Of a stretch of DNA of 64,000 nucleotides, positions 29,074 to 39,584 are shown one piece after another (the stretch's first letter is position 1; every line of letters begins with the position of its first letter). Both the position numbers and the translations under genes were made by a program. The stretch comes from Patescibacteria group bacterium. Lineage in GTDB: Archaea; Nanobdellota; Nanobdellia; Pacearchaeales; GW2011-AR1. The stretch is from the NCBI GenBank assembly GCA_019428815.1, contig JAHYJW010000001.1:47119-111118 (forward strand), written 5' to 3'. The notes beneath the pieces were generated by a model that saw only the letters and a program-made list of their open reading frames with translations, made no database searches and was not told the origin of the DNA.

Positions 29074-29193
29074 AAGATTAATTTTTATAATCCTTAAAAG
29101 TTTTTTGAGACGCTTTTAACATATTTATTCTAAAATTGGAATTATATTATTTTAAATACAAATATTAAAAAACAAAAATTACCTAATTTTTAT

Positions 29194-29949
29194 ATGAGAT
29201 GTTCTATTTGTGGTATTTCTGGAGAGGTTTCAAGACTTTTTGATGCATTATCTCCTAAGGAGAAAGGAGTTGTAAAAGTTTGCGAAAATTGTGCAAAAAA
29301 AGAAGATATGCCTATTTTAAGGAGACCCACTACCTTTCAACTTAAAAAATCTGAAACTAAGAGAGTTTATGATAACCTTTTATCCGCTAGAAATAAAGAA
29401 GGGAGTTTTAAGGTTCAACAGCGTAGTCCTATTGGAAAAAATAAAGAGGAGATCACTTTAAGAGAGATAGTTGATAGAAATTATAAACAAACTTCTTCTC
29501 AAAAAAAAGAACCTCAGTTAGATTTAGTTGATAATTTTCATTGGGTTATCATGAGAGCTAGAAGACTGAAGAAGATTACTCAAGAGAATCTTGCAAGAGA
29601 AATTTCAGAATCTGAAGCAGCTATAAAAATGGTTGAACAAGGAATTCTTCCAGAAGATGAATATCGTTTGATAAGTAAACTAGAAAGTTTTTTGGGGATA
29701 AAACTTCTAAAAAGTCAAGATAAAAGGGGAGAATGGGAAGGGGGTATTTCTATTACTGGAGATTTGAATGAAATAGATTCTTATAAAAAACAGCCTGCAA
29801 GAATAATAAAATTTGACCCTATTGTAACAAAAAATCTTACAATTTCTGATTTAAAAAGAATGAAAGAAGAATCCAAAAATCTTTCTGATGAAGAAACTTC
29901 AGATGATTTTGAAGAATTTGATAAGGCATTAGAAGAAGATGATTTCTAA
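29194..29949 (+). CDS. MBF1-like protein: N-terminal zinc ribbon + C-terminal HTH (XRE-type)
   Basis: CSICG...CENC zinc ribbon. HTH region RARRLKKITQENLAREISESEAAIKMVEQG resembles the aMBF1 HTH. Longer than typical aMBF1, with an acidic tail. Confidence 0.45.
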   Translation: MRCSICGISGEVSRLFDALSPKEKGVVKVCENCAKKEDMPILRRPTTFQLKKSETKRVYDNLLSARNKEGSFKVQQRSPIGKNKEEITLREIVDRNYKQTSSQKKEPQLDLVDNFHWVIMRARRLKKITQENLAREISESEAAIKMVEQGILPEDEYRLISKLESFLGIKLLKSQDKRGEWEGGISITGDLNEIDSYKKQPARIIKFDPIVTKNLTISDLKRMKEESKNLSDEETSDDFEEFDKALEEDDF

Positions 29950-30000
29950 GTTGGAATCTTAATAAAACCTAAGGATTTATATAATATTAAACCGTACAAA

Positions 30001-30300
30001 TTGGTAGCAATGGTAAAAACAATTCAATTAGGATTAAGGATAGATAAAAACCTAAATAAAGAAATAGAGTACTTGGCGGAATCAGAAGGAGTAAACAAAA
30101 TGGCGTGGATAAGAAGAGCTTTAGCAGATTTTGTAGATCAAGAAAAGAATGTTATAACAAAAGAATTGGTAAAAGGTTATATTAATCTTATCAATACGGA
30201 AAAAGACTTAAAGGAATTTACCGGATGGAATAAAATGCCTGAAGATATAAGCCAAGCAAGAAGAGAGAACATAAATAGCATAAAAAGAACTAAAGAATGA
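30001..30300 (+). CDS. Putative ribbon-helix-helix (CopG/Arc-like) DNA-binding protein
   Basis: IQLGLRIDKNLNKEIEYLAESEGVNKMAWIRRALADFV fits an RHH strand-helix-helix. Stop overlaps the start of the downstream gene (ATGA). Confidence 0.35.
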   Translation: MVAMVKTIQLGLRIDKNLNKEIEYLAESEGVNKMAWIRRALADFVDQEKNVITKELVKGYINLINTEKDLKEFTGWNKMPEDISQARRENINSIKRTKE

Positions 30301-31931
30301 AGAAGATATTATTATTTGGGTTAGTATCCATATTATCTCTTTCTATGGCGTTTGCCGCGGAATGCCAGTATATGAAGGAGGTTGTAAATTCAACCGAAAC
30401 AAAATTTATGCCTTATGATTTAAGGGGGCACCAACTAAAAGAAGTACAAATTGAATTTAATGACCTTTGGAATCAACCTGCGAAGATAATTAATTTCAAT
30501 TCCTTAGAACTAGAAATTTTGTTAAAAGTAAATTTAAACATTAAAAGTGCACCATGGTGTACTGGTTATTCCCACCCACTAAATTTTATTATAACTAAAG
30601 AATTAAAGATTCCTGCTAATTCCTTTATTGAATTACCTACTGAAAAACCAATAGCAAACTTTTACTGCAAAGAATTTAGATGGACAGAACCTAAAGAAAT
30701 TCAATATAAGGAAACAGATGACATTGAAATAAAGCTTACTACTATCGAGAATAAAATTTTAGTATGTGATGGTAAAGATGATGGTTCTGTTTGTGATTCT
30801 CCAAACGAATGTGGGGGGGGTTTTTGTGTTGAGGGATATTGCAGTAATACAGAACACTGCTTTAATAATGAATGTAAATGTAACTCCAGCGAAGTTCAAT
30901 GTAGTAACAATAAACAATGTGTTGAAAAGGGTGTTATTCCTATTGACGTAGCTCCTAAATGTGGGTTGGATGAAGAGTGTGTTTCGGGTTATTTAAATTC
31001 AGAAACGGGTTTATGCGCAAAATCGTTAGCACAGATAAATACAGAGAGTGAAAAGAAAAAAAGACTTTATCTTTTTTTAATTCTTTTTGGCGGGATTTTT
31101 GTTTACTTTTTGTATGAGTATAAATTAAAAAGATTAAGAATAAAATTTCAAAGATTTTCTTTTAATTTTAAAATTAAGGTTAATTCTCTAAAAGGGGGAT
31201 GGTTCATTAAAAAGTTAATTGGTATTTATTATAAGTTAAAAATTTCTTTAAAATCAGCAATAAATGAATTTAAGTCTCCTTTAAGAAAAATCTCAGGTGC
31301 TATAAGTAGGCTTTTTATCAAACCAAAAGAATCTATAAAAAAAGATTTAGTCTCTATAGTTCAATTTTTTATTAAGTTTTATAAGGGAATATTAAAGCCG
31401 TTTTCTAAAAAGAAACAAAAAAACAAAGAAGAATCAAAAATAAACAAAACTGATGGGAAATCAAAAGAAATAGAAGAATCAGAAAACAAAGAAGAAACAG
31501 ATAAGACCAAAGAAGAAGCGAAAATGCTTGAATCTCTTTCATATGAATTATTTAAAAAAAGAGCTTATTTGAAGATGATCAGTAAAGATGTTTTTTTTGA
31601 AAAATACTTAGAAAGATACGGGAGTAAAATTTATTTTGACACTGAAAGTGGGTATTTTAGATTTAGGAATAATAATGAATTTTTGCATAGATATATTTAT
31701 AAATCTTTTTATTCAGATTTTGACGAAAACAAAGAAATCCACCATATCGATGCGAATCATTATAACAACGAAATTTGGAATTTAATCCAATTAACAACTG
31801 AACAACATAAAAAAATTAAACACGGTAAAATTTTTTATGGAGATTGGATATCAGGAATTAATGAATTAAAAAAGATTGGATTTTTAGAGGGTGATTTTCC
31901 TAGCGAAATTATTAAAAAATTAAAAAATTAA
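30297..31931 (+). CDS. Signal-peptide, Cys-rich extracellular domain, single TM, cytoplasmic Lys-rich linker and C-terminal HNH_3-type endonuclease domain
   Basis: Signal peptide MKKILLFGLVSILSLSMAFA. EGF-like Cys clusters (CDSPNECGGGFCVEGYCSNTEHC...). TM LYLFLILFGGIFVYFLY. C-terminal HHIDANHYNNEIWNLIQLTTEQHKKIKH is an HNH motif of the phage-type HNH_3 class. Confidence 0.5.
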   Translation: MKKILLFGLVSILSLSMAFAAECQYMKEVVNSTETKFMPYDLRGHQLKEVQIEFNDLWNQPAKIINFNSLELEILLKVNLNIKSAPWCTGYSHPLNFIITKELKIPANSFIELPTEKPIANFYCKEFRWTEPKEIQYKETDDIEIKLTTIENKILVCDGKDDGSVCDSPNECGGGFCVEGYCSNTEHCFNNECKCNSSEVQCSNNKQCVEKGVIPIDVAPKCGLDEECVSGYLNSETGLCAKSLAQINTESEKKKRLYLFLILFGGIFVYFLYEYKLKRLRIKFQRFSFNFKIKVNSLKGGWFIKKLIGIYYKLKISLKSAINEFKSPLRKISGAISRLFIKPKESIKKDLVSIVQFFIKFYKGILKPFSKKKQKNKEESKINKTDGKSKEIEESENKEETDKTKEEAKMLESLSYELFKKRAYLKMISKDVFFEKYLERYGSKIYFDTESGYFRFRNNNEFLHRYIYKSFYSDFDENKEIHHIDANHYNNEIWNLIQLTTEQHKKIKHGKIFYGDWISGINELKKIGFLEGDFPSEIIKKLKN

Positions 31932-32252
31932 CAGATTTTTTATTCAAATTTTTCTCTTTAGTTTATTAGTTTATTCATTAATCTAATATTCTATCTTTTG
32001 GAATTTTTTTACAGTCTTTCAAAAATTTCTTTATTTGGAAAAAGATTTATAGGTAAAATTCACTAAGAATTAATCAAATTCGTTTACTTTGTTTTACTTA
32101 AAATATTGATTAAATTATCGATTTATTCTAAATAAGTTCTTCTTTTAACTTCCGTTTAATAAATCCTTTTTTCAAAACATCTTAATAACCGTTAAAAAAA
32201 CCAAAGCGTGCGTATACATTAAATTTATAAACTAAATTTCTAATTCCATATT

Positions 32253-32516
32253 ATGGAAATTTCTGTTTTAAAATCTTCTAAAGACGAAATTGAAATGAGC
32301 TTAGAGAATGTTACCCTAGCAGAAGCATTAAGGGTTTACCTAAACAAGGATTCTTCTGTAACTTTTGCAGCTTGGAAGAGAGAACATCCTTCAGAAAAAC
32401 CTATAATAAAAGTGATTACTCGCGGAAAAGATGTTAAAAAGGTGATTAATGAAGCTATTTCAAATATTTTGAAAGATTTAGATAAAGTTGAAAAGGATTT
32501 TAAATCGCTTAAGTAA
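32253..32516 (+). CDS. rpoL: DNA-directed RNA polymerase subunit L (Rpo11)-like
   Basis: 87 aa. VTLAEALRVYLNKDSSVTFAAWKREHPSEKPIIKVITRGKDVKKVINEAI matches the Rpo11 pattern (hTLxNxLR...V-FA-Y---HP ... I-T-G). Confidence 0.5.
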   Translation: MEISVLKSSKDEIEMSLENVTLAEALRVYLNKDSSVTFAAWKREHPSEKPIIKVITRGKDVKKVINEAISNILKDLDKVEKDFKSLK

Positions 32517-32726
32517 CCTTAATCACAACAATTTTTATTAAGGGACCTTCTTCTTCAGCTGCATGAAAAATTTATTTCAGGGGGCTTATAGAAAGAAATT
32601 TAAATTGATTTTTAAACTAAATGAATGTAACTTTCTTTTTTTAAAAAGAAATTTTAAATATCCCGAATAAAATTATTATAATGCTATTAAAAATATCTAA
32701 AGAAAAATTTAATCTTAATCTTTAAA

Positions 32727-33485
32727 ATGGGACTCAAAGAAGAAAACAATTTGAAAACAGAAAGAATTTCAGCAGGTAGTTATGATCTTAATAAATGGTT
32801 ATATGGGGGTTATGAAAAAGGAATAATCAGCATGATTGCAGGCCCTCCAGCTAGCGGTAAGACTAATTTTTCTCTTTTGGCAGCTTGTAGTATGGCAAAA
32901 AAAGGTAAAAAAGTTATTTTTATAGACACTGAAGGAGGTTTTAGTTTTGAGAGAGTTAAACAAATTTTTTATCCTCAAAATCCTGAAGATTTCTTAAAAA
33001 ATATTTTAGTCTTAAATCCCCTTAATTTTGAAGAACAGAAAAAAATATTTTTAACCCTTCTTAATAGGGTAAAAAAAGAGGATATTAGTCTAATGATTGT
33101 GGATGGAATGGCTATGCTTTATAGATTAGAACTTGGGGATGCTATAACTTCTAAAGACGAAGAAAAAATAAAAGGGGTAAATCGAGAAGTTGCAAAACAA
33201 ATGAGAATTTTAGCAGAGATCTCTAGAAAACAAAGAATTCCTATTTTGATTACCAATCAGGTTTATAACGAATTTATTTCTGAAGAAGATTGGAAAAATG
33301 GAATTCGGCCTGAAGCAAATATCGTGGGGGGAGATTTATTTAAATACTGGTGTAAAACTATTATTGAGTTAAAAAATCTTAATGGAAAGAGAAAAGCAAT
33401 TTTGCTTAAACATAGGAGCATGCCTCAAAAAGAATTAAATTTTGAAATAAAAGATAAAGGTATCTTTAAAAAAGGATGGATATAA
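32727..33485 (+). CDS. radB: RadB (RecA/RadA paralog, DNA repair/recombination)
   Basis: Walker A GPPASGKTNFSLLAA. Short (252 aa) with no N-terminal HhH domain, hence RadB rather than RadA. Confidence 0.65.
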   Translation: MGLKEENNLKTERISAGSYDLNKWLYGGYEKGIISMIAGPPASGKTNFSLLAACSMAKKGKKVIFIDTEGGFSFERVKQIFYPQNPEDFLKNILVLNPLNFEEQKKIFLTLLNRVKKEDISLMIVDGMAMLYRLELGDAITSKDEEKIKGVNREVAKQMRILAEISRKQRIPILITNQVYNEFISEEDWKNGIRPEANIVGGDLFKYWCKTIIELKNLNGKRKAILLKHRSMPQKELNFEIKDKGIFKKGWI

Positions 33486-34390
33486 TGAGCTCTAAAATTA
33501 AAAATTTTGAGGACATTGATACCAAAAGTTATTATGAACAGGTAGTCCCTTTAGAGGATTTAGTCAATCAAAAAGATTCTTTTATTCTTTTTGATACCTC
33601 CTCCTTTATGGATCCTTTAGGGATGGGAGTTAATTTTATTAAAAGAGACATCTCTTTAGAAATAATTTCTAGACTTCGAGAGGATAATCATAAAGAGCAA
33701 GAAACTGATTTTAGGGGGTATTTTAAGTCTAAAGAATTAAAGAGAAAAATTGCTCTTACAGGGGGGAATAATCATTTTCTTTCTGAATTTTTGAGATATT
33801 TAAAAGGAGATTATGAGCTTATGGTAACCCCTTTAATAATAAAAGAAATCCATGGAAACGAACATTACAGTTATAAGCGAGCTGTTAAAAAACAGTCTTC
33901 TGAAGATTTACCAGAATTAAGATTATTTAGGAAAAAGATTAGAGAAAATGAGGAACTTCTTAATAATTTAGAGCGTTCTTTTGTTGAAACAGGTAAGGTT
34001 TTATTATCCGATGAAACAGAACTAAAATATCTTTACCCAGAACTTTTTGATACCCAAGATTTTGACTCTCCTTCAGAAGAAAATTTTGCTTACTCCTTTC
34101 TTGAAAACTCTTCTTTAAGATATCTAGACAAAAGAGAAAGAATTTTTTATAGGGAAAGTTATACTAATTTTGATTACTTTAGAAGAATTTACAAGTTAAG
34201 TGATACAGATTATGATATGGTCCTTAAAAGTTTAACCCTTTCTTTACACAGAAAACCTGTGATTATTTCTTCTAATGACGGTTCATTAATTTCAGCAGTA
34301 AAAGACATAATCTCTACAAACTGCCTTTTTAGCAATCTGGATGTTAGATTCTTTAAAAGAGTTAACTTTTTTGAATTTAAAGAGTTCTAA
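33476..34390 (+). CDS. Hypothetical protein (possible PIN-like N-terminus)
   Basis: FILFDTSSFMD resembles a PIN first strand with acidic residue. Otherwise unassignable. Overlaps radB by 10 bp. Confidence 0.3.
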   Translation: MDIMSSKIKNFEDIDTKSYYEQVVPLEDLVNQKDSFILFDTSSFMDPLGMGVNFIKRDISLEIISRLREDNHKEQETDFRGYFKSKELKRKIALTGGNNHFLSEFLRYLKGDYELMVTPLIIKEIHGNEHYSYKRAVKKQSSEDLPELRLFRKKIRENEELLNNLERSFVETGKVLLSDETELKYLYPELFDTQDFDSPSEENFAYSFLENSSLRYLDKRERIFYRESYTNFDYFRRIYKLSDTDYDMVLKSLTLSLHRKPVIISSNDGSLISAVKDIISTNCLFSNLDVRFFKRVNFFEFKEF

Positions 34391-34486
34391 AAAAATTAAA
34401 TAATTGTGAAATTGAGGGTAAGAATTAAATAACTCTTGTGTAGTTCCTAAAGAATATAAACTTTAATTTACGTTTATTTAATTACT

Positions 34487-35707
34487 ATGAAAGAAGATAT
34501 TCGTTTTGAGGTCATAAAGAAAATAGCAGAAATAAATTTTAAGTATAAGAATTTAGACAAACTTTCTGAATTAGACACTAATTCCCCTCCAAGTGTTTTT
34601 ATAGGCTCTAAGTTAAAGTACCCATTAGTTAACGTAGGTATACTTAGTCCTTTAGAAAGAGATGATGATGCATGGGTTTATGATTCTCCTGATTATTGGG
34701 CAAAAAGAAATTTTAAAATAAAAGAGGTTGTTAGTCTAAGAGATGGTCTTCTTAATTCTAGGTTCCAGACAAATGTAAAGGCAAGTCTTTCTTCTTCAAA
34801 TGGTAATCAAAAATTTGTTCAGATAGCTCAAGAATTGGCAACAGCATTAAAACCTGTTGATGTGGAGATAGAATTGGAGAAGAAAATCGGCCCAGGTTTA
34901 AAGAAAGACAGGGTTTTAGCTCCTCAAGGAATGGCCGCACCATTAAAAAAGGCAAAAATTACCAGTAATGTAAAAATTCATAAAAAATTAGATAGAGTTA
35001 TGAATGATGAAATAAAAGCTTCAGAAGGTATGTTTGAATTATATAAAAGTAAGTTTGATGAGTATACTTTAAGTAAAATCTTAAGTGTCGGGGTTTTGGG
35101 GCTTAAAAAAAATAAAAAACTGGTTCCTACAAGATGGTCGATTACTGCTACAGATGATGCTCTTGGAAAAAGACTCTTAGAAAAAATTAGGGGATATAAA
35201 TGGATTGAAAATTATGAATTATTCTTTGGAGAATTTATGGGAAATGCTTACCTAATTTTTCTATTTCCTAATGTTTGGAGTTATGAACTTTTTGAACTTT
35301 ACTTACCTGGAAGTTCTTGGAATTCTTCTAATGAGATAAAGGCAGCTACTGATTTTGAACAATTTTCTGGCAGAAAGGATTATGCATCAGATACTGCAGG
35401 AGGGTATTATGCATCAAGGTTACCTATTTTAGAGTATCTTGAAAGAATAAAGAGACAAGCTTCTGTTTTAGCAATAAGAATTGAACTTCCTAGTTATTGG
35501 GCTTCTTTGGGTGTTTGGGTTGTTAGGGAGTCAGTTCGTAAAGCTCTTAATCACCGGAAACTTGAATTTTCAGAAAGGAATGAATTATTAAAGAGTGCCG
35601 CAAAAATTGGGATAATAAAATTTGGATTTAATCCTGAAACAGTCTTTAAAAAAAGTAAACTTATTGAAAGCTTAAAGACACAAACTAGGTTAAAAGATTG
35701 GCTTTAG
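34487..35707 (+). CDS. Conserved hypothetical protein (406 aa)
   Basis: No motif assignable by eye. Confidence 0.35.
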   Translation: MKEDIRFEVIKKIAEINFKYKNLDKLSELDTNSPPSVFIGSKLKYPLVNVGILSPLERDDDAWVYDSPDYWAKRNFKIKEVVSLRDGLLNSRFQTNVKASLSSSNGNQKFVQIAQELATALKPVDVEIELEKKIGPGLKKDRVLAPQGMAAPLKKAKITSNVKIHKKLDRVMNDEIKASEGMFELYKSKFDEYTLSKILSVGVLGLKKNKKLVPTRWSITATDDALGKRLLEKIRGYKWIENYELFFGEFMGNAYLIFLFPNVWSYELFELYLPGSSWNSSNEIKAATDFEQFSGRKDYASDTAGGYYASRLPILEYLERIKRQASVLAIRIELPSYWASLGVWVVRESVRKALNHRKLEFSERNELLKSAAKIGIIKFGFNPETVFKKSKLIESLKTQTRLKDWL

Positions 35708-38043
35708 ATTAAAATTTTTGGATTAGAATTTTGTTCATTTTCTTGTTTGTTTTTATAAGCTTCAACTCTTTCTTTATTTAGCGGACATTCTGGATTAAAA
35801 CAAAAAATCCAAGGTCTTTTACCTTTTCTTATTAACATCATTTTCTGAAAACCACATTCTTCACAAATTTCTTTTGTTTTTTTAATAAGTCCGTTGGGAG
35901 GGAGACTGTAGGTATTCTTACAATCAGGATAAGCATTACAAGCTATAAAATATCTTCTCGTTTTTTTAGAATAAGAAATTGAAAGGTTACCTTTTTTACA
36001 TTTTGGACAAATTGTTTCTAATTTGTTTTCTTCTTTTTGTTGTTTCCTATACTCATCATTTGCTTTTGAAATTTCTTCGCCCACTTTTTCCTGCTTTTTT
36101 TCAAATTCTTTTGTAATCTCTATTATTGATTTCTTAGCTTTATCTAAAATCTTTTCTTTTTTACTAATCTGGTCTTTTTTAGAATTTTGTATAGATTCCA
36201 TTTCTTTTTCAAAATCTCTTGTCAATTTTTCATCGATTATAATTGGGGAATACTTTTTTAGTGTTTCAATTAGTGAGATTCCTAAAGGTGTTGCCTTTAT
36301 GCTTTGGCCATCAACATAACCTCTCCCATAAAGCGTTTCTAATATTGATGCTCGAGTTCCTTTGGTACCTAGATTCTTCTTCTCAAGTAAGGAAATAAGA
36401 GACGCAGGAGAATATCTTTTGGGGGGTTGAGTTTCTTTTTCTTCAATTCTAGAATTTATTATTTTTACTTCTCCTTCTAAATCTGGAACTTCTTTTTCTT
36501 TTATTTTAGAAGGGTAAATTCCCAACCAAGATTCTTTCTTTATTGAGTATCCCTTTTTTAAAAAAAGGAGACCCCCAACCCGGACGTTTATTGTTTTATT
36601 CTCAACAATCGCATCTTCAGCAAATAAACTTAAAAATCTCCTAACTATGAGATCATATATTTTCTTTTCATCTTCATTCAACATTTTTTGATTAGGAATT
36701 TCTCCGGTAGGGTAAATCGAAGGGTGTGCGGAATCTGATTTTCTTCCTTCAACTGGCTTTTCTCTTATAATTAGTTTCTCTACAGAATACCTCTTAGATA
36801 AATTCTTTAATATCTCTTTGTAGTTTATTGAAGGGGGCAATTTTTGACTAGATGTTCTAGGATAAGAAATCAAACCTCCTAAATATAAACTTTGGGCAAT
36901 TTCTAATGTTTTTATAGGATTTATTCCAAAATGTTTATAAGACTCTATTTGTAATGTTGTTAAATTAAAAGGGGGATTTGGTGGCACTCTTTTTTCAATT
37001 TTTTTAGTTTCCGCAATTCCTGTTTTTCCTGTTAGGTTTTCAAATTTTTTTAATTCAGATTTTTTGAATATATCTTTATTATGAACAAGTTCGATTTTTG
37101 GTTTTTCTAAATTTATGAAAATTTGCCAATATTTTTTTTCTTTAAATTCAGATATTTCTTTTTCTTTTTCAACAATAATCTTTAAGGTAGGTCCTTGGAC
37201 TCTTCCAATAGATATAAGTTTAAATTTTCCTACTGATTTTAAAGAGTTCATAAGGGATCTTGATAGATTTATTCCGTAAAACCAATCTAAATAGTGACGA
37301 GTTTCTCCTGCAATAGCTTGGCCCCAATCAATACTATCTGATTGATTTTCATATGCCTGGTTGATTTCTTTTTCAGTTAATGAAGAAAACCTCATCCTTT
37401 TTGCATCGGTTTGTCCACCAATAAACCTAAAGATATTTAACCCTATAACCTCCCCCTCGATATCATAATCGGTTGAAATTGTGATGCTTTTAGCATTTTT
37501 AATAAGTGAAGATAATGCCTGATAATACTTTTTACTAAAATCATTTTTTCTTACAAAATAATTTGGAACCCACATTAAATCAAATATTGGTCCTTGAGAA
37601 GTTGATCCTTTATGGGTCAGAGTAAATAAATGGCCAACGGCACAAGCAACAACAATCTTTTCTTTTTTCCTTTTAACTTCATAATAAGGTATACCATTAA
37701 TCGTTTTTTTTGTAGATTTTCCTAAAGCTGAAGCAATTTTCAAAGCTGCTTGTGGTTTTTCTGTAACTAACAATTCATAGCCGTCTTTTTTTAACTTTAA
37801 TTTTGGCGTTTTGAAATCTTTAGGGTCTAATTTAGTTTTCTTAAATTCCCTTTTAAATCCCTTTTTAGAAGTAGTCTTCTTTTTAGGCGAACCTTTTTTC
37901 TTTTTCTTCTCAATTTCCATTAATGTATCAAAATCAGAAGACTTGTGTTCTTTTTCTATAGAATACTTTAAATCTTTTGGACTCACAGGAAAAAACTCTC
38001 CAGTAACTTTTTCTTCTTTTGTTTCTTTAGGTTTTCTACGCAT
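35704..38043 (-). CDS. topA: DNA topoisomerase type IA (Topo I/III) with C-terminal zinc ribbons
   Basis: TOPRIM LLVTEKPQAALKIASALG. Motifs SIGRVQGPTL and active-site GLISYPRTSS. C-terminal CPKCKKG...C...C zinc ribbons. Lys-rich N-terminal extension. Confidence 0.85.
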   Translation of the reverse strand: MRRKPKETKEEKVTGEFFPVSPKDLKYSIEKEHKSSDFDTLMEIEKKKKKGSPKKKTTSKKGFKREFKKTKLDPKDFKTPKLKLKKDGYELLVTEKPQAALKIASALGKSTKKTINGIPYYEVKRKKEKIVVACAVGHLFTLTHKGSTSQGPIFDLMWVPNYFVRKNDFSKKYYQALSSLIKNAKSITISTDYDIEGEVIGLNIFRFIGGQTDAKRMRFSSLTEKEINQAYENQSDSIDWGQAIAGETRHYLDWFYGINLSRSLMNSLKSVGKFKLISIGRVQGPTLKIIVEKEKEISEFKEKKYWQIFINLEKPKIELVHNKDIFKKSELKKFENLTGKTGIAETKKIEKRVPPNPPFNLTTLQIESYKHFGINPIKTLEIAQSLYLGGLISYPRTSSQKLPPSINYKEILKNLSKRYSVEKLIIREKPVEGRKSDSAHPSIYPTGEIPNQKMLNEDEKKIYDLIVRRFLSLFAEDAIVENKTINVRVGGLLFLKKGYSIKKESWLGIYPSKIKEKEVPDLEGEVKIINSRIEEKETQPPKRYSPASLISLLEKKNLGTKGTRASILETLYGRGYVDGQSIKATPLGISLIETLKKYSPIIIDEKLTRDFEKEMESIQNSKKDQISKKEKILDKAKKSIIEITKEFEKKQEKVGEEISKANDEYRKQQKEENKLETICPKCKKGNLSISYSKKTRRYFIACNAYPDCKNTYSLPPNGLIKKTKEICEECGFQKMMLIRKGKRPWIFCFNPECPLNKERVEAYKNKQENEQNSNPKILI

Positions 38044-38204
38044 TTTTAAATTAGATCTCTTTTATTATCTATTTTATTCTGAATAAAAGAGTTTTATAGT
38101 TATTGTTTTTATCTTTATTCCTTGAACATTAGGAATTTCTATTTAGATTTATCTTTTAGAAACATTTTTTTAAAATATACTAAAAACATTTCTTTAACTT
38201 TTGA

Positions 38205-38819
38205 TTAAATCTCAAAGATTTTTTCTTTTTTACTCACATTAAAAATTTGGGTCTTTCCTATCTTTTCTTCAATACCCCCAGATTCGTGGATATGTGCGTT
38301 GATTAGAATATCTGGTTTAAATTTTCTTATCGCTTTTCTTATTGCCTTTGAACCTTTAAATCCAAAAATCTCTGCTTTACTTCCAAAAGGGTGCATGTGT
38401 GTTACCATTACCCTTTTCTCTGTTCTTTGAATATCCTTCTCCCCATTTTCTAATAACCTAAATAACTCTGATTCAGGGGCCTCATATGGGCCTATTTCTG
38501 ATGCTAACCCTGCTCCAAAAAAACCTACATCCCCTTTAATAAAACTACTCCCATGTAAATTTTTTATGTTATAGGTTTTAGCTAAAAAATCGATCGTGGA
38601 TACTGATTCGTGGTTTCCCGGGATTATAAGAACCTGTTTTTTTGCTTTTATAAAAGGTCCAATAATATTCTTGGGTGACTTTTCACCAAGGGTTATATCT
38701 CCTGCAAGTATAACTAAGTCTATATGTTCTCTTTCAGCTTTTTTTGCTAGTCTTTTTACTAATCCAGTGTCCCCATGAATGTCTCCTATTGCTAAAACTT
38801 TTGTTTTCCTTTCCATCAT
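38205..38819 (-). CDS. Calcineurin-like metallophosphoesterase
   Basis: Motifs VLAIGDIHGD, LAGDIT, GNHE and MVTHMHP. Confidence 0.8.
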   Translation of the reverse strand: MMERKTKVLAIGDIHGDTGLVKRLAKKAEREHIDLVILAGDITLGEKSPKNIIGPFIKAKKQVLIIPGNHESVSTIDFLAKTYNIKNLHGSSFIKGDVGFFGAGLASEIGPYEAPESELFRLLENGEKDIQRTEKRVMVTHMHPFGSKAEIFGFKGSKAIRKAIRKFKPDILINAHIHESGGIEEKIGKTQIFNVSKKEKIFEI

Positions 38820-39016
38820 TTATTCTATTACTTTGTTTTAAAGGATTATAAAAACTTTCTTAAACTTTTTATATCTGTTACCATTTAAAAATTAAAAATG
38901 GGAAGGTTTAAAAACACTTATACAATGTATTTTTTATAACATATAGATTCAAAAGACTAGGTTTAAAATTTACTGATAATTTGTCTATGAATTGAATATG
39001 TTCCAAATAAAATAAA

Positions 39017-39283
39017 ATGAAAGACAATTTTGATATCTTTTTTAGAAGAAAACCAGCACTTATGTTGGTTTCACTAAAGAAAAATACCAGAATGAGGTAT
39101 GGTAGTATTTTGGCTAAAGAAGTTGATTGTACATATAGCCACGCAGTAAAAATTTTGCAGACTCTTGAGGTTTTGAATTTGGTTGGTTTTGAAAAAAAGG
39201 GGCGAATTAAAATTATAAGACTAACCAAAAAAGGTAAAGAAGTTGCAGATGCAATTGAGAACATTCAAGGACTAATAAAATAA
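39017..39283 (+). CDS. Small winged-helix transcriptional regulator
   Basis: 88 aa. HAVKILQTLEVLNLVGFEKKGRIKIIRLTKKGKEVA has a wHTH recognition helix plus wing. Confidence 0.45.
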   Translation: MKDNFDIFFRRKPALMLVSLKKNTRMRYGSILAKEVDCTYSHAVKILQTLEVLNLVGFEKKGRIKIIRLTKKGKEVADAIENIQGLIK

Positions 39284-39446
39284 GCATTCTATAACTACCG
39301 CCCCAAATAATGGTTAGGTTTTAGGTATTTGTGAATTTTTTATTTCAATTTAACCTTTTTATTTTAACTTAATTTTCTAAACAGTCTTTTTTTATCTTTT
39401 ATACTTAAGAAAAAATTTAAGATTCTAATATTAGAATATCTAGTTA

Positions 39447-39521
39447 TGGCCCCGAAGGGATTTGAACCCTCGACACCTGGATTAAGAGTCCAGTGCTCTA
39501 ACCAGACTGAGCTACGGAGCC
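39447..39521 (-). tRNA. tRNA-Lys (anticodon CUU)
   Basis: Reverse complement GGCTCCGTAGCTCAGTCTGGTTAGAGCACTGGACTCTTAATCCAGGTGTCGAGGGTTCAAATCCCTTCGGGGCCA. Anticodon stem CTGGA/TCCAG with loop CUCUUAA. Confidence 0.85.
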
Positions 39522-39584
39522 TTTTGTCTATTTTACTTATGATAGTATAATGAAACTATTAGTTTTTAAATTATTTTAAAATAT

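Noticed and set aside
38908-39264. 118-aa minus-strand ORF overlapping the wHTH gene
   Set aside because: Antisense to a plus-strand ORF with a recognisable winged-helix motif. The hydrophobic low-complexity product is typical of AT-rich antisense frames.
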